A program made the position numbers and the translations under genes. From an uncultured Eubacteriales bacterium (GTDB lineage Bacteria; Bacillota; Clostridia; TANB77; CAG-508): a DNA stretch of 64,000 bases. Below are positions 55,961 to 64,000 of this stretch, in pieces (the stretch's first letter is position 1; every line of letters starts with the position of its first letter). A model generated the notes under the pieces. The model saw only the letters and a list, made by a program, of their open reading frames with translations. It searched no databases and was not told the origin of the DNA. The stretch spans positions 34,191 through 98,190 of the forward strand of contig CASFHP010000010.1 of NCBI GenBank assembly GCA_949294555.1. The letters run 5' to 3'.

Positions 55961-56977
55961 TTAATTCCTTGCTTTCCCTTCTAACACATCTAAATTATCT
56001 AAAGCTTTTCCTGTTCCTAAAGCCACACATGATACCGTATCTTGTGCAATCATGACATTAATGCCTGTTTTTTCTTGCAATAGTTTGTCCAATCCATCTA
56101 CTAGGCAACCTCCACCTGTCATATAAATTCCTCTATCACTAATATCTGCTGAAAGTTCAGGTGGTGTTCTTTCTAATACAGAATGAACAGCGTCTACAAT
56201 CATCATGGCTGGCTCTATTAAAGCCTCTAGCATTTCACTTGAATGAACAGTTAATGTTTTAGGAAGTCCTGTAACTAAGTCTCTTCCACGTATATCCATT
56301 TCTGTATCTTGGATTTTTGGATATACACAACCAATATTGACTTTCAAATCTTCTGCGGTTCTTTCTCCTATCATAATATTGTGTTTTTTCTTAATATATT
56401 TCACAATATATTCGTCAAATTTATCTCCTGCAACTTTTAAAGAAGTATTAACAACAGAGCCACCTAGTGAAATAACGGCAATATCAGTTGTTCCTCCTCC
56501 GATATCAACTACCATATTTCCACATGGTTTTGATATATCTATTCCAGCTCCAATAGCAGCTGCTATTGGTTCTTCTATTAAATATACTTTTCTTGCTCCT
56601 GCTTGTGTAGCCGCGTCAATAACTGCTTTTTTCTCTACCTCTGTAACTTGTGAAGGTATACAAATCATAATTCGTGGTGCAAAAATAAATTTTCCACAAA
56701 CTTTATTTATGAAATGTTTTAACATTTTCTCTGTAACGGTGTAATCTGAAATAACACCATCTCTTAATGGTCTTGTTGCGACAATATTGCCTGGTGTTCT
56801 TCCTAGCATTCTTCTAGCTTCTTGTCCTACTGCTAAAACTTCCCCTGTTATATTGTCAACAGCTACCACAGAAGGTTCTCTTAATACAATTCCCTTTCCT
56901 TTTACATATACGATAACTGTTGCTGTTCCTAAATCTATTCCTACATCTTGTCCAAAACCAAATTTAAACATTTGCAT
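55961..56977 (-). CDS. mreB: Rod-shape-determining actin homologue MreB
   Basis: Motifs GIDLGTATV, DIGGGTTD, YMTGGG. Confidence 0.93.
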   Translation of the reverse strand: MQMFKFGFGQDVGIDLGTATVIVYVKGKGIVLREPSVVAVDNITGEVLAVGQEARRMLGRTPGNIVATRPLRDGVISDYTVTEKMLKHFINKVCGKFIFAPRIMICIPSQVTEVEKKAVIDAATQAGARKVYLIEEPIAAAIGAGIDISKPCGNMVVDIGGGTTDIAVISLGGSVVNTSLKVAGDKFDEYIVKYIKKKHNIMIGERTAEDLKVNIGCVYPKIQDTEMDIRGRDLVTGLPKTLTVHSSEMLEALIEPAMMIVDAVHSVLERTPPELSADISDRGIYMTGGGCLVDGLDKLLQEKTGINVMIAQDTVSCVALGTGKALDNLDVLEGKARN

Positions 56978-57033
56978 ATCTTCCCTTCTTTTATTTTTTG
57001 TTACAATTTCGTTACAATTATATTACAATATGA

Positions 57034-57525
57034 TTATTTTTTCAACCATTTTTTAAAAAAAGATTTATGTCCCAAAAAGAAACGTCCCCAAATGGACACC
57101 AAAACAAACAATACAATAATCAGTACTATTCCGATTTTCCATGCATTAAGATTTGAGATTTTATGTACCACTTTTCCTATAACCATATCAATTGTGATTG
57201 GCTCATCTTGTGTGTTATTGGCATCTCCTTGTGTTATTAACTGTCCCTCCTCTTTTGAAATCAGTCTATGTGTAATTAATTGCCCATTTTTTTCATATAC
57301 AATAATATCATTTTCGGCAACATCATCTGTTAATTTAACAATAACACCATCGCCGATTTCTATTGTTCCAGACATACTTCCTGTTACAACTTCAAGAAGT
57401 GTATATCCCAATATATTTGTATATGGTTCTCCAGATACTCTGCTTTGAACCGCAGAATATATCACTATCATTATCACAATTACAATGACAATTGTTAAAA
57501 ATATATTTAAAAATTTTTTTATCAT
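57034..57525 (-). CDS. Signal peptidase I, SipW (ER/archaeal) type
   Basis: N-terminal TM helix, motifs VVTGSMSGTIEIGD and ITHRL, and a C-terminal TM helix. The last ~20 codons are encoded by a family B repeat copy. Confidence 0.7.
   Translation of the reverse strand: MIKKFLNIFLTIVIVIVIMIVIYSAVQSRVSGEPYTNILGYTLLEVVTGSMSGTIEIGDGVIVKLTDDVAENDIIVYEKNGQLITHRLISKEEGQLITQGDANNTQDEPITIDMVIGKVVHKISNLNAWKIGIVLIIVLFVLVSIWGRFFLGHKSFFKKWLKK
57067..57099 (+). repeat. GGGGAC-core repeat, family B copy 4, inside the 3' end of the signal peptidase ORF
   Basis: atgtcccaaaaagaaacgtccccaaatggacac, 3-4 differences from the 36-mer. Confidence 0.8.
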
Positions 57526-57538
57526 CTATTCTCCTTTT

Positions 57539-58108
57539 TTATCCATATAGTTCATTGTAAACACGATAATCTCTTAAGATTTTTCTTACATAATTATTGG
57601 TTTCTTTATATGGTATATTTTCGATATCTGAGCCGTCTGCTTGTATAACTTGCTTCTCAATCCAGTTATTGACTGTTCCAATCCCTGCATTATATGCCGC
57701 AAGAGCAATTTCCATATTGCCATATTGTGTTAATAGTATTGATAGATATTTTGTTCCTATATTAATATTATTATCTATATCTAACAATTCTTCTGTAATA
57801 TTTTCTGTATCAACATCTATCTTATTTTGATTTGCAACATCAATTGCAGTTTCTTCTACAATTTGCATTAATCCTATAGCTTCCCTGTTAGAAACTGCAT
57901 TGCTGTCAAAATTGCTTTCCGCTTTTATGACTGCATATATTAAATTTTCTTCTACATTATATTCTTCTGCATATGTGGATACTATTTCACTATATGTTTT
58001 GGGGTACATTATTTTCAATAATTTATCTTTAAACAGAATAATGAGTATGGTTACTACAAGTATCATAATAACCATGCCTATTATGATTTTATATTTGCTT
58101 TTTAACAA
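57539..58108 (-). CDS. Lytic transglycosylase (SLT domain), membrane-anchored
   Basis: Motifs AVIKAESNFDSNAVSNREAIGLMQI and AAYNAG. Confidence 0.85.
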   Translation of the reverse strand: MLKSKYKIIIGMVIMILVVTILIILFKDKLLKIMYPKTYSEIVSTYAEEYNVEENLIYAVIKAESNFDSNAVSNREAIGLMQIVEETAIDVANQNKIDVDTENITEELLDIDNNINIGTKYLSILLTQYGNMEIALAAYNAGIGTVNNWIEKQVIQADGSDIENIPYKETNNYVRKILRDYRVYNELYG

Positions 58109-58183
58109 AATTTTCTCTCCTTTTTGATTTTATGTTTCGCTTCACAGTCAAAAATTCTTTAACTAAACTTAAAATATTTTATA

Positions 58184-58432
58184 TGTTAATGTTCATCTGT
58201 ACGTATACGAGTGGGAAGTATTTATAAATTATTTAATTACGAATGTGATTGGAGATGTTTTAGAATTTATTACATAATTTATTGAGGAATGTTCACGGTA
58301 CTCACGTAGTGAGGGTCTGAGTGAAAGAGGCTCAAATAAATTATGTTACAAATTCTTAAATATCGTATTGAGCTGAGTAATAAATAATTTATAAATACTT
58401 CCCACTCGTATACGTACAGATGAACATTAACA
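58184..58432. repeat. 249-bp imperfect palindrome (MITE-like or structured element) P2
   Basis: Perfect outer arms of about 52 nt, tgttaatgttcatctgtacgtatacgagtgggaagtatttataaattattta / its reverse complement. Inner arms are agaatttattacataatttatt / aaataaattatgttacaaattct. The central mini-hairpin is ctcacgtagtgag. Confidence 0.9.
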
Positions 58433-58464
58433 ATATTATAATACTTAAAATTCCCCACTTATTC

Positions 58465-61170
58465 TTATTTACAATCATACCAATTATTTGCTTCTGAAAT
58501 TTCTGCTACTAGTGGTATTTTTAACTGTATAGCTGATTCCATTTCCTTTTTCATAATGTCTTTTACTTCTTCTTTTTCATTTTCAGGTGCCTCTATCATC
58601 ATTTCGTCATGCACTTGTAAAACGATTTCTGCTTTTAATCCCCTTTTCTTTATTTCTTTATTAACATTTATCATAGCTATTTTCATAATATCTGCTGCCG
58701 TTCCTTGAATTGGTGTATTCATAGCCACTCTATTTCCAAATTGTCTTACCATATAGTTTTTTGAATTTAATTCTGGTACATATCTTCTTCTGTGGAACAA
58801 TGTTTCCACATATCCTTTTTCTTTTGTCTTTTCAATAATATTCTCCATAAATGCTTTTATTCCTGCATATTCTGTTAAATATTCATCAATGTATTGTTTC
58901 GCTTTTTTTCTTGAAATACCTAGTTGTTCTGCTAGTCCAAAGTCACTAATTCCATAGACAATTCCAAAGTTAACAGCTTTTGCATTGCTTCTTTGTTCTT
59001 TGGTAACTTCGTTAATTGGTGTTTTAAATACTTTTGAAGCTGCTTGTTTGTGGATATCCTCATTATGTTGAAAAGCTTCTATCATATGCTTGTCTTCTGA
59101 AATATGTGCCAATACTCTTAATTCGATTTGAGAATAATCGGCGTCAATATAGACTTTTCCTTCTGCTGGCTTAAATACTTTTCTTACACGTTTTCCTAGT
59201 TCAAATCTTGTTGGAATGTTTTGCAAATTTGGTTCTGTTGAGCTAATTCTTCCTGTTGCTGTTATTGTTTGATGAAAGAATGAATGAATTCTTTTTGTCT
59301 TTGGATTAATATATGGTTTTAAACCTTCTACATATGTAGAGTTTAATTTCATTAATTGTCTATATTCCAATATTTTTCCGATAATTGGGTCTTCTCTTTT
59401 TAATTTTTCTAAAACATCTACATCTGTAGAATATCCATTTTTAGTCTTTTTAATAACTGGTAATTGCATTTTTTCAAAAAGGATTTCTCCCAATTGTTTT
59501 GTAGAATTAATGTTAAATTCTTCTCCTGCCATTTCATGTATTTCTTTTGTTAATACTTCGATTTGGGCTGTTAATTCTTCCCCAAAGGCTGTTAGTTCTT
59601 TTTCATCTACATACATACCATTCCATTGCATGCTAGACAATACCTCTACTGTTGGCATATCAATATTGGTATATAGTTCAAAACTGTTTGTTTCTTTTAA
59701 TTTTTCTATCACAATATTATTGATTTTTTCAATGATATAGGCATACAATGTATATTTTTCAGATGTTTTTTGTATATCTTCTGCTTTTGTTTCTTCAAAT
59801 AACGTCATTTGTTTTTGATTATCCTCTTCTGTACCTGTATATTCATCCAAATCCAATTCTAAATATTGCATAGCCAAACTTTTTAAGTCTAATTTATTAT
59901 TGGTAGGATTTAAAATATAGGCACCTATGGATATATCATTTTCAATTCCGTCTAGTGTAATTCCTACTTGTTTTAGTAAAATATACTCCTTTGTTAAGTT
60001 GATACTTGTCTTTTTGATTTCTGGATTTTCAAATACATCTTTGAATGTTTTTATTTCGTCTTCTTGTAGCTTTAAATAATATGCTTCTTGCCTATCTTTT
60101 TGATATACACTAATCCCTGTTATATTTTCTTTTATGATATTTTCTGGATTTTCATTTTTTTCTGTTTGTAAATAAAATATCATGTATTTGTCAGTATTAA
60201 TTTGTTCAATAACTTCTTTGATGGATTTTTGGACAGTTGTATAGTCTATTGTATATTTTGCTTCTTCTTCACTATTTTTTTCGCCAGTTAAATGGAAACG
60301 TTCTATATATCTATTAAAATTTAATTCTTTAAACAATTGTAAAACCTTTTGTTTGTCCCATTCTTCTACTTTAAATTGTTCTAAGGTGTTTTCGATTGGT
60401 ACTTCTAAATTAATGGTTCCCAATGTTTTTGACAATTCTGCTAATTCCTTATTATCTTTTATTTTTTCTCTTTGTTTTCCTTTTAAATCATCTTCATTTT
60501 TTTCGATTTTGTCATATAAATTTTCAATAGAACCATATTTTTGAATTAATGATAATGCTGTTTTTTCGCCAATTCCTGGAACCCCTGGAATATTATCAGA
60601 ACTATCGCCTTGTAATCCTTTAACTTCAATTAATTGCTTTGGCTCTATTCCATAAGTTTCTATAATTTTATTTCTATCAAATAAATCGGTTTCTGTTTTT
60701 CCACCTTTTGTTCTAGGAATTCTGATTGTCACATTATCTGTTGCTAATTGAAAGGTATCTCTATCTCCAGATAATATTGTCACATGAAGTCCTTGTTTTT
60801 CGCCATATCTAGAAAGTGTACCTAATACATCATCTGCTTCATACCCTTCTTTTTCCACTATATCAATGTTCATTGCTTTTAATATTTCTTTAATTACGGG
60901 CATTTGTTCTGCAAGTTCGTCTGGCATTCCCTTTCTGTTGGCTTTATAGCCTTCATATAATTTATGTCTTGCAGTTGGTGCCTTTAGGTCAAAAGCTACT
61001 GCCATATATTTTGGATTTGTATCTTCGATTAGTTTAAATAAAATGGCTAAAAAACCATATACGGCATTTGTGTATTTTCCGTCTTTAGTTGTTAGCATTT
61101 TACTTCCCATAATTCCATAAAATGCTCGATTCATGATACTGTTTCCATCTACTAAAACAAAATTATCCAT
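58465..61170 (-). CDS. polA: DNA polymerase I
   Basis: 901 aa. A 5'-nuclease domain (GIPGVPGIGEKTA), a 3'-5' exo-like middle region, and polymerase motifs DYSQIELRVLAH, RSNAKAVNFGIVYG, QVHDE. Confidence 0.97.
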   Translation of the reverse strand: MDNFVLVDGNSIMNRAFYGIMGSKMLTTKDGKYTNAVYGFLAILFKLIEDTNPKYMAVAFDLKAPTARHKLYEGYKANRKGMPDELAEQMPVIKEILKAMNIDIVEKEGYEADDVLGTLSRYGEKQGLHVTILSGDRDTFQLATDNVTIRIPRTKGGKTETDLFDRNKIIETYGIEPKQLIEVKGLQGDSSDNIPGVPGIGEKTALSLIQKYGSIENLYDKIEKNEDDLKGKQREKIKDNKELAELSKTLGTINLEVPIENTLEQFKVEEWDKQKVLQLFKELNFNRYIERFHLTGEKNSEEEAKYTIDYTTVQKSIKEVIEQINTDKYMIFYLQTEKNENPENIIKENITGISVYQKDRQEAYYLKLQEDEIKTFKDVFENPEIKKTSINLTKEYILLKQVGITLDGIENDISIGAYILNPTNNKLDLKSLAMQYLELDLDEYTGTEEDNQKQMTLFEETKAEDIQKTSEKYTLYAYIIEKINNIVIEKLKETNSFELYTNIDMPTVEVLSSMQWNGMYVDEKELTAFGEELTAQIEVLTKEIHEMAGEEFNINSTKQLGEILFEKMQLPVIKKTKNGYSTDVDVLEKLKREDPIIGKILEYRQLMKLNSTYVEGLKPYINPKTKRIHSFFHQTITATGRISSTEPNLQNIPTRFELGKRVRKVFKPAEGKVYIDADYSQIELRVLAHISEDKHMIEAFQHNEDIHKQAASKVFKTPINEVTKEQRSNAKAVNFGIVYGISDFGLAEQLGISRKKAKQYIDEYLTEYAGIKAFMENIIEKTKEKGYVETLFHRRRYVPELNSKNYMVRQFGNRVAMNTPIQGTAADIMKIAMINVNKEIKKRGLKAEIVLQVHDEMMIEAPENEKEEVKDIMKKEMESAIQLKIPLVAEISEANNWYDCK

Positions 61171-61243
61171 CTTTTTTTCTCCTTTAAGTTTTTATTTTTT
61201 GGATTTTAAAAGTTGTTTAACTTTTAAACAAATATATACCAAT

Positions 61244-62558
61244 CTACTTATTAACTTCTTTATTATTAATTATTTTTTGAGCTACTTCATATCCCATTTT
61301 TATCGCATAATTTATGCCTCTATCTTCTGGATATATTTGAGCCATATTGGCCATGTATATTCCCTTCTCCTCTAATTGTACATCCAATACTTTATTTGAG
61401 TAATTTGTAGTAATTATCGGTTGTGCATATTCTTCTTCAAAACACTGTACTTGCAATATATCTTCTTTTTCTAAATGATTATTCATTTTTTTCAAATCTT
61501 TATAGTAAACATCAAAAAGTTGCTCAGCATCCAATTGATACAATTTATCACTTTTGTCCATATAATTAGATATATATATTATATGTGTTCCATTATATTT
61601 TTCACTATTTATCATATTTGTGTGTTCAATAATCCCTCCAAAAGGAATTTGTGTATCCCCTATATTTATCCAATAAAAAGGGGTTAATTGCTTTTTGGAA
61701 TACATCAATAAAGTTTTTGCAGAAGTATATTTTAAGGCTTTCATTTTTCTACTTTCTTCATCTGTTAGTACTTCTTTCAAAATTTTTCTAGAAATATCAT
61801 ATGAAACTGTACTAATCACAAAATCATATTTCTCTTCATTACTATCTGTTTTTACAATATATTTTTCTCCTTCTTTAAGAACTTGTGTCACATTTGTATG
61901 CATTTTAAATTTACAATTATTTTCTACTAAAAACGTTTCTATTTTTTTGGTTAATACTTCAAAGCTTCCATCTAAATATCCCAATTTTTCTCCATTTGCT
62001 GTTGATGATGAACTTCTTAAATTTATTTTTCCCCATAACCATGCCATTGAAACTTCATTTTTTTGATTTCCAAATTTCGTTATTAGCAATGGCTCCCAAA
62101 TTTTTTCATATACTGCTTCTCCACAATTTTTCTTAATCCATTCTTCTGCCGTAATTTTTTCTAGTTTTTTATAATTTTTTATTAATTTTATTTTTATAAT
62201 ACTTATCCCAAATCTAATTTTTTCAATAAATGTTAATGGCTTATATTTTAATAATGATATTGGTGTTCCAAATTCATATAGTCCTTTATTTTTTGAGTAG
62301 TATGCCATTTTGGTTTCATTCCATTGCATTTTATCTGCTAAGTTAAATTCCTCTAGTAATTCCATTACATACTTGTCACTTTTAAATATGTGTCTATAAT
62401 GTTTTTCTATTTTTGTATTGTTATATTTTATGCATTTTGCCATCCCACCGAACTTCATTGGATTTTTCATATATCGTAACATCAAATCCATTTTCAATTA
62501 ATTTTTTTGCACTACTTAATCCTGTATATCCTCCACCTATAATTGCAACTTTTTTCAT
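61244..62558 (-). pseudogene. FAD/NAD(P)-binding oxidoreductase (amine-oxidase / phytoene-desaturase-like), N-terminus displaced by a 1-nt frameshift
   Basis: ATG at 62556-62558 gives MKKVAIIGGGYTGLSSAKKLIENGFDVTIYEKSNEV and then runs out of frame to a stop at 62421-62423. The main ORF 61244-62497 continues with GGMAKCIKYNN. The frames join if one base near 62449-62452 is removed. Confidence 0.7.
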
Positions 62559-62586
62559 TATATTTTTCCCTTTCTATACAATAAAT

Positions 62587-64000
62587 TTATTTTTTCACAT
62601 AGATTATTTTGCCTTTAGTCGTATAATTTTGATTCAATATTGCTTTTATTTCTCGTTCAAAATTTGTAAGATCTTGTCGTCCTTCTTCGTTTAGCTTAGA
62701 TATAGTATTAACTATAACATTTGGTAAATCATTTCTTATTTCTTCTATTACTTCTTTAGCAATATCTTCATTTTCATTGGCAATAGGGGTTTGATATAAA
62801 TATTTACCTTTATATTCTCTATCTGCTATTAAATATATAGTTGCATTATTACCCAATACCAATACATTGTCATCTTTTTTTGTCAATGCTTGCACCTCTT
62901 TTGAAATATTTTCATATAAATAATTAAAATGACGATTATTTTGCATGTTATATATTGATATTAATAAATACACTATTAAAAATATTTCTACTAATGTTAT
63001 TTTTATTTCCTTATTAATTTTTATATATTTCATACATATTATTAATGGCATTATAAATGTTGGTAACATAGGTAATAAATAGTGTATATATGCCCTTTGT
63101 GGCATGATGGTTAAACTAAATGAAAATATGAAGTATATAAAACTCACAAGGATCAATTCATTTTCTATTTTACTTAGCTTTTTTCTTGCACTTATTAATC
63201 CTATATAACATGCTGCTATAGAAGGAATTATATATTTACTTGTTCTAAAAAAGAGCACTATAATAGTAAAGAGATTTTTATCTTTATGATTTGCATATTT
63301 TAAGTTAAATAATAAATATGTATTCATAAAATCTGTAAATGCCCCATTTTTAATTAAATAGAATATTGTTGGTAATAATACAATTATTACGCCTAAAATA
63401 CTAAATCCTATTATCTGGTATAAATGTTTTTTATCTTTTTCTTTTAATAATTTAATAAATATGTAGATATAATATACTACCCAAAGTGCTGCTATATTGG
63501 GTCTTAATAGTAAAACTATGCCAAAACATATTCCTGTGCATAAACTTTCTTTTTTATTAAACTTTTTTGCATCAAGCATAAATTTAACAAATTGATATAA
63601 TGCTATTAAAATACATGGCAAAGATATACTTTCTGTACATGGATTTTCTGTACATAACCCAGACATAAAACACATACATATGATAGTTATAATTAATGAT
63701 TTTTCTTTATTTTTTAATATTAAATTTGAAATCTTATATATCATTAATACATTTACGATATTACATAAAAAATCTATAAACCATATTCCTAAAATTTTCC
63801 CTAATGTGTATCCAATATAATAAATAAAATATAGTATTGGTCCTTTATGGTCAAAGAAATCTCTATACATTATTTCTCCTTGGGCCATTTTCTTTGCTAC
63901 ACTGATCCACACCGATACATCTGTTGCAATATACCCGGTTGTATTTGTTGGTGAAACATAATTTTCTAGCGAAATTAAAAATGCAAGCATAATTAATACT
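62587..64000 (-). CDS. Polytopic membrane glycosyltransferase (GT39/ArnT/PMT_2-like); N-terminus may lie beyond the window
   Basis: At least 467 aa with more than 10 TM helices. Motif YRDFFDHKGPILY near the N-terminus. There is no in-frame stop between the track ATG (63990) and the window end. Confidence 0.55.
   Translation of the reverse strand, partial: VLIMLAFLISLENYVSPTNTTGYIATDVSVWISVAKKMAQGEIMYRDFFDHKGPILYFIYYIGYTLGKILGIWFIDFLCNIVNVLMIYKISNLILKNKEKSLIITIICMCFMSGLCTENPCTESISLPCILIALYQFVKFMLDAKKFNKKESLCTGICFGIVLLLRPNIAALWVVYYIYIFIKLLKEKDKKHLYQIIGFSILGVIIVLLPTIFYLIKNGAFTDFMNTYLLFNLKYANHKDKNLFTIIVLFFRTSKYIIPSIAACYIGLISARKKLSKIENELILVSFIYFIFSFSLTIMPQRAYIHYLLPMLPTFIMPLIICMKYIKINKEIKITLVEIFLIVYLLISIYNMQNNRHFNYLYENISKEVQALTKKDDNVLVLGNNATIYLIADREYKGKYLYQTPIANENEDIAKEVIEEIRNDLPNVIVNTISKLNEEGRQDLTNFEREIKAILNQNYTTKGKIIYVKK

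Noticed and set aside
920-57099. Whether the GGGGAC-core repeats form a CRISPR array
   Set aside because: The copies are scattered over 56 kb in both orientations with irregular spacing. They are often palindromic, there are no uniform spacers, and there are no cas genes.

Overview
AT-rich (about 25% G+C in a hand-counted backbone sample), standard-code (TGA is used as a stop) chromosomal segment of a Firmicutes/Clostridia-like, probably spore-forming bacterium. I call about 58 protein genes, roughly 50 of them on the minus strand, plus tRNA-Gln and tRNA-His. There are no rRNA genes, CRISPR arrays or cas genes. The backbone is housekeeping: era, a MarR-regulated heterodimeric ABC exporter, xerD-spoIIM-endoQ, ABC-F, tsaE plus a tsaB-rimI fusion, ylmH, dxs, eno, recN, dps, pepD with a polar-amino-acid ABC importer, apt, murI, an LD-carboxypeptidase, an ABC-2 exporter, mutY, a PPIase, disA-radA, mtaB, mreB, a SipW-type signal peptidase, an SLT transglycosylase and polA. 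Eight things stand out. (1) A self-contained three-gene cassette sits between two perfect 27-bp direct repeats in the gap separating the convergent eno and VWA genes. It has its own promoter, a 133-aa ORF, a 697-aa repeat-plus-amidoligase protein and a 177-aa ORF. (2) Two paralogous pilin-like/GLUG-repeat surface-protein genes are each preceded by an inverted-repeat-flanked segment of about 150-160 bp. Each segment carries a terminator and a near-consensus promoter that points the wrong way, so these are candidate phase-variable invertons, both OFF. (3) A 16-codon leader ORF containing His-His-His, with mutually exclusive hairpins and a terminator, lies upstream of the amino-acid importer/pepD operon. 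(4) A dispersed GGGGAC-core repeat superfamily has at least 15 core copies in the window, and nearly every copy is positioned at or within a few nucleotides of a stop codon. (5) Two long imperfect palindromes of 183 and 249 bp are present, with a half-copy of the larger one elsewhere. (6) A tyrosine integrase lies beside a conspicuously GC-richer lysozyme-like gene. (7) mutY, mtaB and an FAD oxidoreductase each carry a single-base frameshift. (8) Several repeat-derived ORF C-termini and smaller oddities are listed in the findings. All calls rest on reading the sequence and recalling motifs. No database search or folding program was run.
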